64,000 nucleotides of DNA, taken from positions 41,413-105,412 of the forward strand of contig JARFXS010000002.1 of NCBI GenBank assembly GCA_029194465.1, in the 5' to 3' direction. The stretch is from Candidatus Nitrosocosmicus sp. (GTDB taxonomy: Archaea; Thermoproteota; Nitrososphaeria; Nitrososphaerales; Nitrososphaeraceae). Shown here piece by piece: positions 34,415-44,375 of this stretch. Every line of letters starts with the position of its first letter. Position 1 is the first letter of the stretch. Position numbers and translations under genes: made by a program. The notes beneath the pieces were generated by a model. The model was not told the DNA's origin. It was given only the letters and a program-made list of their open reading frames with translations, and did not search any database.

Positions 34415-35521
34415 TCACTCGTGATTCAAATAATAGATCTCATTCTTATTCGAAACAGTCAATCCAGTATGTGGGCCTCCACCTATTGCAAATATCTTAT
34501 CATCATATGAAGCAACACCCAATCCGTGTCGAGCAGTGGGCATTGGCAATTCTTCGCTCCAAGTATCAGTAGCAGGATCATAACGTTCATTATTATTAAA
34601 CGTTCCTTGATTTTGTTCGCCTCCCAATACATAAATTGACCCATTTACCGATGTGGCCGCAATACCACTTCTTTTTGACGGCATGGGTTGGAGATCAGTA
34701 GTCCATTGATCCGAAACAGGATCATATTTCTCATTCACATCTACATTTACTAATGAACCAGTAAGTCTACCCCCGATCACATAAATATTTCCATCAACCA
34801 CGGCAGAGGCAGCATGATGTCTAGCAGTAGGCATCGAAGAAAGGGTCATCCATTCGGTGGTAATCGGGTCATATCCTTCAACAACTACCTGAGAATGATC
34901 ATAACTATCTCCTCCAATTACATACAATATTCCATTAACAAAATTTGCATTTGGTGAACCTCGTGGTGAAGGCATAGGATTACCCACAGTCCAATTGTTG
35001 GTAGCTGGATCATAAATGAATAGGTTGTTACTAGGGATCCAATTCCCTGTATATCCCCCAACCACATAAATTTTGCCCCCATAGGTGGCTGAAGAAGCAT
35101 GATGAAGAGGCAAAGGTAATGACTTTATGTTTTGAACCCAAGTATTATCAGTTGAATTATGCATTTCTATAATATCTGTAATTTTACCATCAAAAGTAAA
35201 ACCACCTATCACATAAACAGCCTCATCCAAATTAGCTGCCGTTACCTCAGTTCTCGGATGGGGTAAATCCATACCCTCCATCCAAATAGATTCGCCGGAG
35301 AGAGTCCCGGCCGCTAGAGAGGGATTGAATATATGAACCAAAAAAACTGCAATAAAAAAGATCGACAACATATAAATAAAACATGGAAGAGGTGTAAGAA
35401 ATTGTTTCATAATCATAGTTTGACCATAATAAATATAAGATTGATGACAATCCTCGAATATGATAACATCATGATTTGTGACAATAAAAGTTGGTAGAAA
35501 ACATGGAATTGAATAAACCAA
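34415..35521 (-). CDS. Secreted Kelch-repeat beta-propeller protein (true start near 35410)
   Basis: Six YVIGG...YDP...W repeats after a hydrophobic leader. Confidence 0.9.
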   Translation of the reverse strand: MVYSIPCFLPTFIVTNHDVIIFEDCHQSYIYYGQTMIMKQFLTPLPCFIYMLSIFFIAVFLVHIFNPSLAAGTLSGESIWMEGMDLPHPRTEVTAANLDEAVYVIGGFTFDGKITDIIEMHNSTDNTWVQNIKSLPLPLHHASSATYGGKIYVVGGYTGNWIPSNNLFIYDPATNNWTVGNPMPSPRGSPNANFVNGILYVIGGDSYDHSQVVVEGYDPITTEWMTLSSMPTARHHAASAVVDGNIYVIGGRLTGSLVNVDVNEKYDPVSDQWTTDLQPMPSKRSGIAATSVNGSIYVLGGEQNQGTFNNNERYDPATDTWSEELPMPTARHGLGVASYDDKIFAIGGGPHTGLTVSNKNEIYYLNHE

Positions 35522-36021
35522 TCAGACAATGTTTCTTCAGCTACAATGTCAGTTAGACAATTCGTCTCAATTTGTTAAATCATTTTCGTAATGACTGATA
35601 CTGAAAGGTGATAGGTAGAGATAAATCATTTCCACTGAATTCGGAATTTATTATCAGTACAAAGACTCAATACTCCAGAGTGCATCATATAATCTTTATC
35701 ACAAAACAGTCAAGTCTTAAACTTACGCTTTGGAATTATCCTGTTCACATAGATAAAGTATTTCATGAAGTAACAAACTACCAAACAAGAGATATAAAAG
35801 CTGACCAAGTAAAGAGAACTAAATTGGGTGACAATAATTAGATTAGAATTTTAATCTCTATTTGGATCAAGATTGATCTGATTTCCTAAAGAAAATCCAA
35901 ATCATTTTGAAGGACTAAATCTAATAGTTAAAGTTAAATACTTGAACCCCGGGGAAGCATAGAATTAATTTCCAGAATATATCATATTATTAAATAATTA
36001 TGTATATACGCCTTAAGATAA

Positions 36022-37239
36022 ATGAGGTTAGATTTTCCACCTAAATATACTGAAACCATAGGTGCTGTAAAGATTCACTCACTTCAAAAAATATATGAAA
36101 TAGATTCCGGGTGTACTTTTGGTACCAGTTCACAGGAACTTAACAGTTCGACCACGGCATTTGACAATGACACATTATCACAAATATTTCAAGCCATGGC
36201 AATTGTGATCCCGGTTAAGGATGAAAAATTGAGTCTTTTGGAAGGAGTTTTAAGCGGTATTCCTAACGAATGTCTAATAATCATAGTATCAAACAGCCAA
36301 AGACATCCCGTTGATAGATACGCTATGGAAGTGGAAATGGTTAAACAGTATTCTCTGTTTTCAAACAAAAGGATTATCACAATACATCAAACGGATCCCA
36401 ACCTTGGTAGAATATTCCACAAGATTAATTACCCTTCAATTTTGGATAACAATAACCAAGTTCGTCAAGGCAAAGCAGAAGGAATGATAATTGGGATTTT
36501 GTTATCTAAATTGCTTAAGAAAGAGTATGTAGGGTTTGTAGATAGTGACAATTATTTTCCGGGAGCAGTAAATGAGTATATCAAGATCTTTGCATCGGGT
36601 TTTGCTATGTCAAATTCTCCTCTGTGTAATGTAAGAATATGTTGGCACTCTAAACCAAAAATAGCAAACAACAAAGTATATTTTCCAAAATGGGGAAGAA
36701 TATCTGAATATAGTAATAAATACCTAAATGACTTGATCTCATACATCACCGGATATGAGAGAGATATCATTACAACGGGTAATGCTGGGGAACACTCACT
36801 TTCTATGTCTCTTGCAGAAAACCTAGATTTTTCTAGTGGATATTCCGTAGAACCATATGAACTAATCAATATTTTAGAAAAATATGGAGGTATTATTTCC
36901 AATAAATCAGTGGACATCAGACAACATGGCGTGGAAATATTTCAAGTCGAAACAAGAAATCCCCACTTCCATGAAAATAAAGGAAATGAACATATTCAAG
37001 GAATGCTTCAAGAATCCCTGAATGTAATTAATAATAGTAAAATTTGCAATACTGAAATTACTACAGATATAAAAAATCATTTACTCATGTTACAGCAAAA
37101 AGATAGCCTTAGTAATATCAAATCAAATGATAAAATTATTTTGATGGATCCGATTAAGATTATTGAGATAGATAAATTTCATGAACTTGTAGTTGATAGT
37201 CCAAGGCTATTACAGCAATTCAACATGGATAAAAAATAG
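36022..37239 (+). CDS. mpgS: Mannosyl-3-phosphoglycerate synthase (GT55)
   Basis: EGVLSGIP, VSNS, GKAEGM, YVGFVDSDNYFPGAVNEY, WGRISE, TGNAGEH, ETRNPHFHE. Confidence 0.93.
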   Translation: MRLDFPPKYTETIGAVKIHSLQKIYEIDSGCTFGTSSQELNSSTTAFDNDTLSQIFQAMAIVIPVKDEKLSLLEGVLSGIPNECLIIIVSNSQRHPVDRYAMEVEMVKQYSLFSNKRIITIHQTDPNLGRIFHKINYPSILDNNNQVRQGKAEGMIIGILLSKLLKKEYVGFVDSDNYFPGAVNEYIKIFASGFAMSNSPLCNVRICWHSKPKIANNKVYFPKWGRISEYSNKYLNDLISYITGYERDIITTGNAGEHSLSMSLAENLDFSSGYSVEPYELINILEKYGGIISNKSVDIRQHGVEIFQVETRNPHFHENKGNEHIQGMLQESLNVINNSKICNTEITTDIKNHLLMLQQKDSLSNIKSNDKIILMDPIKIIEIDKFHELVVDSPRLLQQFNMDKK

Positions 37240-37581
37240 TATGATTTGATTATGTCGGTATTTCAGCTCTAAATTTTGAGGAAATAACAATTCTGGTTTA
37301 GAAAAACCATTAATTCATTCTCAGTTTATAAGGATTTAAGCCGATCACCTTTGTTAAACACTGATGCCATTTATAAAGAAAAGAACTTTGGTAAATAGCT
37401 GTTATGATCTAATAATAGTGGCATCTATTTCTCAGGATACGACATTCCATCATATTGTACCTATAAAATGTAATAAGGCCTTGTAAATTGCATCGGGCTA
37501 CAAAATAAGATAATATAAATTACTATTTCAAAATATAGAATCAAGTACAAGTTTTTATTACTCTTTTCTAATTTTTCCAAT

Positions 37582-38094
37582 ATGAAGAAAGGATTTACAC
37601 CTACTAATCTATTCCTAATGTTCATAATATTAATTACAGGATTTATGATTGCCACGGTAGACATTGTAAAAGCTACCGTAAATAACTCCACCACTCCAAA
37701 TTTTGAAAACTTGAATTTTGATCCTATAACTACAAATGACACAGCTCTTGTAAATGACAACAGTCATTTCACCGCCGAAGTTTTTGTTCACAAGAATTTT
37801 ACAGGTAATAGCACTCTCATCAATGAAAATACACCAAATTTGAATGGACAGTTTCAAGATTCAATTAGTAGTTTGATAATTACTACCGATACGAATCAGA
37901 GTGATGGATACATGGTAGAAGTTTGTGAACATGAGAGCTATGCTGGCAACTGTATGATCCTCGAACCAGGCAGACATAATGTCCAAACCTTGGGTTGGCT
38001 TAATGATCAAATTACTTCGATTAGAGCTTTGTCACCACCTACACTAGAACTAAAGAACATTAGTCCAGGAGTATTAACAAATGGATCGAACTAA
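37582..38094 (+). CDS. Secreted beta/gamma-crystallin domain protein
   Basis: Two Greek-key motifs: VFVHKNFTG...FQDSISSL and VCEHESYAG...LNDQITSIR. Confidence 0.8.
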   Translation: MKKGFTPTNLFLMFIILITGFMIATVDIVKATVNNSTTPNFENLNFDPITTNDTALVNDNSHFTAEVFVHKNFTGNSTLINENTPNLNGQFQDSISSLIITTDTNQSDGYMVEVCEHESYAGNCMILEPGRHNVQTLGWLNDQITSIRALSPPTLELKNISPGVLTNGSN

Positions 38095-38210
38095 AGAAAG
38101 CAGGCGTTTAATACACATTATTTTGTATTAGACAAAACAAATAGATACATATCAATTATGATAATCTAACAAAAAGTTATAAGACATTTAGAAAGAAATC
38201 TTCCTCAATT

Positions 38211-39215
38211 ATGGGATCATGTAATGCGGTTATAGCAATATCATCATTTCTGTTTATTTTAGTTTTTACTTTGATTGATCCGACTGATGCTAAAGCAGTC
38301 GAAAATTCGACATGGGAGAAAGGTAAAGATATGCTTTCAAATAGGACAGAAATTACTGCAGACGTTCTAAATGATAAAATCTACATCATCGGTGGAGCAG
38401 ATTACAGGAATGGTGGGGCAGTAAGTACCGTAGAAATATATGATCCTATAAAGGATGAGTGGACAAAAGGCACACCGTTACCATATGCATTAGATCATGC
38501 TCCTTCTGTTGTATATAACGGGAAAATCTATGTAATAGGAGGATTCTTGAAAGATAAAATCACAACAGATAAAGTGCTTATATACGACCCTATAAAGGAT
38601 GAGTGGACAGAAGGCACACCGTTACCCGAACCTAAGTGCTGCCACGTTGCAGAGGTAGTTAATGGAACAATTTATGCAATTTCTGGGTTAAATTTTGATC
38701 ATCATCCAGTAACTTCTAATTTTGCTTATAATATAGAAAATAATACATGGGTTACCAAAAAACCAATGCCAGATCATAATGGTCCAAAACATCATGCGGC
38801 ATCCGCTGTAGTTGACGGAGATATTTATGTTTTAGGCGGCAGACTGTTTGGTAATGGAGTGCCTAACGAAATAAATGATGCTTTGACGAATCTAGATGAT
38901 AACATGAGGTACGATCCCAAAAAAGATGAATGGACATCGATGGAACCAATGCCCATAAGAAGAAGCGGATTTGCAGCAGACTCACTAGGTGAAAAAATAT
39001 ATGTATTTGGCGGTCAAATGGCAGACGGGTCCAATCAGAATGTAGAAAGTTACGATCCAGTTACCAATAAGTGGTCGATAGAACCCAATATGCAAGCTGA
39101 TCGATCCGGTTTAGCAGTTGCTGCCTATAAGGATAGAATTTTTGCATTTGGAGGTCAACATGAAGGATTACAAGCTTTAAGCATAAACGAAATACTAATT
39201 CCAGGCACAAATTGA
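38211..39215 (+). CDS. Secreted Kelch-repeat beta-propeller protein
   Basis: Signal peptide and six Kelch repeats. Confidence 0.9.
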   Translation: MGSCNAVIAISSFLFILVFTLIDPTDAKAVENSTWEKGKDMLSNRTEITADVLNDKIYIIGGADYRNGGAVSTVEIYDPIKDEWTKGTPLPYALDHAPSVVYNGKIYVIGGFLKDKITTDKVLIYDPIKDEWTEGTPLPEPKCCHVAEVVNGTIYAISGLNFDHHPVTSNFAYNIENNTWVTKKPMPDHNGPKHHAASAVVDGDIYVLGGRLFGNGVPNEINDALTNLDDNMRYDPKKDEWTSMEPMPIRRSGFAADSLGEKIYVFGGQMADGSNQNVESYDPVTNKWSIEPNMQADRSGLAVAAYKDRIFAFGGQHEGLQALSINEILIPGTN

Positions 39216-39621
39216 TAAAATAAAAAAACTACAATATCGTAAGTATAACACCCCAATTCTATCTCTATAATTAATAAGACTATGTCGATTACTATTTTTC
39301 TGGTACTAGAAAATGAACACTGTCCCTCCTAGATTTGCAACTTAAAATTTATATCTCATTTTATGATGCCAAGATCGTACACCAAATTTATTCTTTTTTG
39401 GATCCGATAGATAGTCGTAGTAACCTCAGGTGTGTTAATCCTATTGATTAATCATTCTTTCAAATCAATAGTTCTATACATAATAAAGATAAGATATCAT
39501 AAAACCCTAAATGTAAGCGATTAATAAGAAAAAACAAAAAATTTTATTGAATTATTTCTTCAATTATACATGCTGTTCAAAAAATAGTAGTAGTTTGTTG
39601 TCACTCTAAGTAAAATCATTC

Positions 39622-40695
39622 TTACGAATTAGTGTCGTTTGATAAATGAAATATCTCATTCATTCCGGATGTAAAGAATCCACGCTCGGCTCCACCACCA
39701 ATTGCATATATCTTATCATCATATGAAGCAACACCCAATCCGTGTCGAGCATTCATCATGGGAAGTTCTTCGCTCCAAGTATCAGTAGCAGGATCATAAC
39801 GTTCATTATTATTAAACGTTCCTTGATTTTGTTCACCTCCCAATACATAAATTGACCCATTTACTGATGTGGCCGCAATACCACTTCTTTTTGACGGCAT
39901 GGGTTGGAGATCAGTAGTCCATTGATCCGAAACAGGATCATATTTCTCAATAAGATCTACGTTGTTTAATTCTTCTGCAATTCTTCCCCCAATTACATAA
40001 ATATTTCCGTCAACTACAGCGGATGCCGCATGATGTCTGGGAGTTGGCATAGAACTATGTATGGTCCACTGATTTGTATTTGGATCATAACTCTCAGTAG
40101 CGTTAAGGGCTCGGTCATATCCTTCGCCACCATCACCGCCCATCACATATAACGTACCATTAACGAAATCAGCAGTGGGATATCCTCTAGGCGTTGGCAT
40201 AGGATTACCTTGTGTCCATTGATTGGTTTGGGGGTCATAAATGAAAAGTCTATCACTAGCTGTCCAATCTCCAGTATATCCTCCGGCAACATAGATTATG
40301 CCTTGATCTGAAGCTGCAGATGTATGATGGAGTGGGACAGGCAATTGGGCAATATTTTCAGCCCACGTGTCTGAAGTTGCGTTGTACATCTCAACCATGC
40401 CCACACCTTCACCCTCTTCATCATATCCACCTATAACGTAAATCGCATCACCCAAATTTGTGGATGTAGCTTCTGTCGTCACCCGAGGCATATCTGTCCC
40501 CCTCGTCCAGAAAGAACTTGTCCCTTGTTGGGAAAAGGAATACTGCAAAGTATTATTTGAATAAATAGAGACCACTAAAGCAGTACAAAGTATAATTATC
40601 AAAAATGCACTTGATAATAAATTCATCATAGCAGTTTTTCTTAATATCAAATATAAAGGAACTGTTGATCCTCTATTTTGAAATTTATTATTCAA
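39622..40695 (-). CDS. Secreted Kelch-repeat beta-propeller protein
   Basis: Hydrophobic leader and six Kelch repeats. C-terminal part nearly identical to the 34415 gene. Confidence 0.9.
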   Translation of the reverse strand: MNNKFQNRGSTVPLYLILRKTAMMNLLSSAFLIIILCTALVVSIYSNNTLQYSFSQQGTSSFWTRGTDMPRVTTEATSTNLGDAIYVIGGYDEEGEGVGMVEMYNATSDTWAENIAQLPVPLHHTSAASDQGIIYVAGGYTGDWTASDRLFIYDPQTNQWTQGNPMPTPRGYPTADFVNGTLYVMGGDGGEGYDRALNATESYDPNTNQWTIHSSMPTPRHHAASAVVDGNIYVIGGRIAEELNNVDLIEKYDPVSDQWTTDLQPMPSKRSGIAATSVNGSIYVLGGEQNQGTFNNNERYDPATDTWSEELPMMNARHGLGVASYDDKIYAIGGGAERGFFTSGMNEIFHLSNDTNS

Positions 40696-40821
40696 TCAGT
40701 CCTACTAAAGGTAATCAAAGAGATAAGATAGAGCCACTGCAGGGAACGTTAAGATTAGAATTATGGATGCACTTAATCAAAATAGTAGTATTTAATCTTT
40801 AATTTGACAAGAATAAAAAAA

Positions 40822-41274
40822 TTATGGTTGTTGTTGGAATAATACTTCGGCTTGGTCTAAGTTACCGTTTATAGTATTGATCAGATTTTGGATCTCTGTT
40901 AAAGGTGCTCTATCTTGAATAGCGCCAATCAAATCTTCTCGTATCAAGAGCTCAGTTGCTTCCATCAATTCTGGGTTTAATGCTGCAAGGGGACCCTCTA
41001 AGTATTCAAAATTATCCAAGTATGCAGTTTGGGCTGATGCTTCAGCTCCAGCAAAATCTTGAGCTGCATATTGGTTATTAGCCTGAGTTAGTAACGTTCT
41101 AATTTCATTAATAATTGCTATTGGATCTCTGCTATCTGACTCGGCTGCGGCAGCATCGCTTTCTTGTGCAAATACTGAGTTTGGAGACGTCATAAACACC
41201 AAACTTACAGCAGATACCATCAATATAAAGAGCGTATGTAATTTAGATCTATTCATAATGCTAATATTTTTCAT
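40822..41274 (-). CDS. Secreted helical-bundle protein
   Basis: Signal ending VFA-Q. AYLDNFEYLE motif resembles extracellular domains of FTR1-type iron permeases. Confidence 0.7.
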   Translation of the reverse strand: MKNISIMNRSKLHTLFILMVSAVSLVFMTSPNSVFAQESDAAAAESDSRDPIAIINEIRTLLTQANNQYAAQDFAGAEASAQTAYLDNFEYLEGPLAALNPELMEATELLIREDLIGAIQDRAPLTEIQNLINTINGNLDQAEVLFQQQP

Positions 41275-41610
41275 TATGTTTAAGATGAAATTTCATTCAA
41301 TATAATACATTTGTTAATTCTCAATCTTTAGAATATTATGATCGATTTAATTTAGAAACGTCAAAAATAAGACATAGGGTGTTTCTTAAACAAGTCCATA
41401 TAGACCTAGTAGATCATTATATGTTACCAGTGCAATAAAAATTTAGGATTTTCTCATTTGTCCCAAATCAAGAAAAAAATCAGTCATAATCACCATTTCT
41501 GTAATATTATTATAGATATCTTCTTTTTTCCTTGATAAAAGTCTACTATTATTATAAGTTTATATCAACCTAACCTACTTAGTTTAGGAAACAGGAGTAC
41601 TTGGTTCTAA

Positions 41611-43287
41611 ATGTCTCTCTTGGACAAGGTGACATCACTTTATGAAAGCAAGTACTGCATTTTCATTTTGATAATTGCTGTCACAATCTTTACTCACCTA
41701 TTCAATCCTATAGGATTTCCCAGTGTCCATGTAGATGAGGGGATTTATATGTATCGAGCAATGCATTTACTATCCTTTGGAAATTTGGAGTGGAATACAT
41801 CTTTTTATGATCATCCTTACTTTGGACCAATCATTCTGGCAAGCGTGTTGTATATGATTAACTTTCCAGCCATCATCATACCAGATCTTAATGATTATTC
41901 TTCAGTTGAATTGGCCTATATTGTTCCCAGACTAATTATGGGATTTTTTTCCATCTTAGATACTATCCTTCTTTACGCAATAACAAAAATACACTATAAT
42001 CGTAATGTTGCTATTATCTCATCTTTATTATTTTCAATAATGCCTTTAACTTGGGCTATGCGTAGAATATATCTTGAATCGATCTTATATCCATTCTTAC
42101 TGACTGCAATTTTGATTGTAGTATATCTCAAGTCATCAAAGAATTTGAGTGTAAAAACAGGTAATTTTTTGATATTTGTTTCAGGGATCATGCTTGGACT
42201 ATCAATTTTCACTAAAGCGCCTATGATAGATATGGTACCTTTGTTAACTTTCTATATATATATTTATAAAAGAAAAATATTTCAAATATTCTTATTCTTA
42301 ATTCCCACCATATTAATTCCGTTACTATGGCCAATCGATGCATTGCTTAGTGGAGAATTTGATCAATGGACAATAGGAGTGATCTCCCAATTAGAAAGAC
42401 AGAATGGTTCAATTTTGAATGCTCTTTATGACTTGTATTCCATAGATCCAATTCTACTGGTTATGGGCTTGGCCGGCACCATTTTTGCCGTGATTAGAAA
42501 AGATTTATTTCTGATTTTATGGATAGTTCCATTTCTGATTGTTTTTAGTTTCTTTATCTCTTACGTAAATTGGTTTCATTTGATCCCAATATTTGGAGTA
42601 TTCTGTATAGCATCGGGAGTAATGATCGATTGGTTAATCAAACGTAGTTCAAAAGCCAGGATAATTCCAATATCAATAATTTCAGTGGTCATATTTATAG
42701 GATTTTTCTCTACTTTAGTTCTCATATCTACAAATATTTCATCTTTTCAGTATCAATCCATGGTTTACATCAACACCCTATTGAGCAGGACTCCAGAATC
42801 CTCTATACAGTATTCTTACAAGACGATTTTCTCAACACCACCACCGGTAACTCCAAGCAAGGTCAACCAAAATATCGATTCATGGGATACTACACCACAT
42901 CACCTAGAAAACAATAATACATCGGATAATTATTCGACTGTGATCATTTCCAGCCCTATTTATTCATGGATATATAAGTTCATTTATGGCTACGATGGTA
43001 CGTTCTCGAGTTATACCGAAAATAAAGAAGTAAATAAGGAGGACAAGGTCATCCTAGTATTAGACAGATACTTTAGAGACTTTTTGGTAAACAGTGTAGA
43101 ATCAAGGAATAAATCGTGGAACAGCGACCTTACAACTTCCACTAACCTATATAGCGCTTTTGTAGGATTGAATTCGACCAAGTATTTTAATGGAACAGCT
43201 GATGACTATGATATGGAGCAATATCCTTTTACTAGCATGAGATTTAATTTGGGTGGAAGTCCAGTAGAAATAAGGACAGATCTTTAA
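41611..43287 (+). CDS. GT-C fold glycosyltransferase (GT39/ArnT/PMT-like)
   Basis: DEG in the first loop, YDHPYFG, multiple TM helices. Confidence 0.85.
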   Translation: MSLLDKVTSLYESKYCIFILIIAVTIFTHLFNPIGFPSVHVDEGIYMYRAMHLLSFGNLEWNTSFYDHPYFGPIILASVLYMINFPAIIIPDLNDYSSVELAYIVPRLIMGFFSILDTILLYAITKIHYNRNVAIISSLLFSIMPLTWAMRRIYLESILYPFLLTAILIVVYLKSSKNLSVKTGNFLIFVSGIMLGLSIFTKAPMIDMVPLLTFYIYIYKRKIFQIFLFLIPTILIPLLWPIDALLSGEFDQWTIGVISQLERQNGSILNALYDLYSIDPILLVMGLAGTIFAVIRKDLFLILWIVPFLIVFSFFISYVNWFHLIPIFGVFCIASGVMIDWLIKRSSKARIIPISIISVVIFIGFFSTLVLISTNISSFQYQSMVYINTLLSRTPESSIQYSYKTIFSTPPPVTPSKVNQNIDSWDTTPHHLENNNTSDNYSTVIISSPIYSWIYKFIYGYDGTFSSYTENKEVNKEDKVILVLDRYFRDFLVNSVESRNKSWNSDLTTSTNLYSAFVGLNSTKYFNGTADDYDMEQYPFTSMRFNLGGSPVEIRTDL

Positions 43288-43361
43288 ATTAAGGCTCTAC
43301 ATTTTATGTTAAAGTTGGTCGCATGAAGAGTATTGATTCAAATTCAATTAAATCAATTAGG

Positions 43362-44123
43362 TCACTTACACTGTTCGTATCCTAATTTATATATATCATT
43401 ACAAACCAGAGTGTGAGTAACATTATACAACAGTTCGCTTGGCTGAATCTCATCAGCAGATATAGAATCTAAAATCTTGAGGCTTGATTCAGGATTAAGA
43501 CGCAATTGAGTTTCAGACTTCTCAGTCTGTTGATTTCCGTCATACAAACCATAGTAAATCCCCTTGTCACCATTAGAAAAATTTACTTGTAGCAACATAA
43601 AGCTAACATCCTTATTAGGGACTTCAAGAATAAAAGTCTCATTAAAAGATACATCACTATAAACTCTTGCTTGTTCTAGTAAATCAGCAAACTCATCAAA
43701 GTCCTGCAATTGTCCGACTATCAAGCTACTAATATTCAAATTATCAAAATTAGACAAGTTTTCAAAATTTGGAGTAAATTTCGTTAACTGATACCAATTG
43801 ACTACCTGAAATGGAAATAACTCATCATCAAGATTTCTTGTAAAATTAATTTCACCGTTAGAAATAATGGCAGAAAGATATAAAGTACCTGTATCCTTAG
43901 GTTCAATTGTTACAGAGATATTGGATGGAATCGAAGAATAGATTGAATTCCGATTGGAAATTGATTCAGACCGATTATTATCGGTATCGGGTCTAGAGTC
44001 TGATCCCAGTGCTTCTGGTATTGCAGATATTCCAAAACCTGTTAGGAGGATAAAAAAAGGAGTGATTATATATAACATAATCAAAAATAAATTTCTTTTG
44101 TCATTACAGAAAATTTTAATCAT
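43362..44123 (-). CDS. Membrane-anchored hypothetical protein
   Basis: Long ORF with N-terminal TM and a terminal Cys pair. Confidence 0.65.
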   Translation of the reverse strand: MIKIFCNDKRNLFLIMLYIITPFFILLTGFGISAIPEALGSDSRPDTDNNRSESISNRNSIYSSIPSNISVTIEPKDTGTLYLSAIISNGEINFTRNLDDELFPFQVVNWYQLTKFTPNFENLSNFDNLNISSLIVGQLQDFDEFADLLEQARVYSDVSFNETFILEVPNKDVSFMLLQVNFSNGDKGIYYGLYDGNQQTEKSETQLRLNPESSLKILDSISADEIQPSELLYNVTHTLVCNDIYKLGYEQCK

Positions 44124-44375
44124 GCTTTGGTATCGAGATGTGTGTTATATTTATATCTACATATAATTTTCATTACAAAGAATGAGCCGATCTTGCTATA
44201 TATAAGATGATAATATGGTCAAATTATTTAGAATAAAATACTATATTACTCGTTATTTAATGCAGGAGTAACATTCTTAATTTTGATAATATCAATAATA
44301 TTTTTATTTGGGAATTTTAGCACGCATCTATAGTGTTAACTTTTTCAAAATGAAATATTGGTGATGAATTGATTA

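Noticed and set aside
34492..39949. Kelch near-identical tracts as a DGR template/variable repeat pair
   Set aside because: Differences are not adenine-specific, both copies are in intact genes, and no reverse transcriptase is present.
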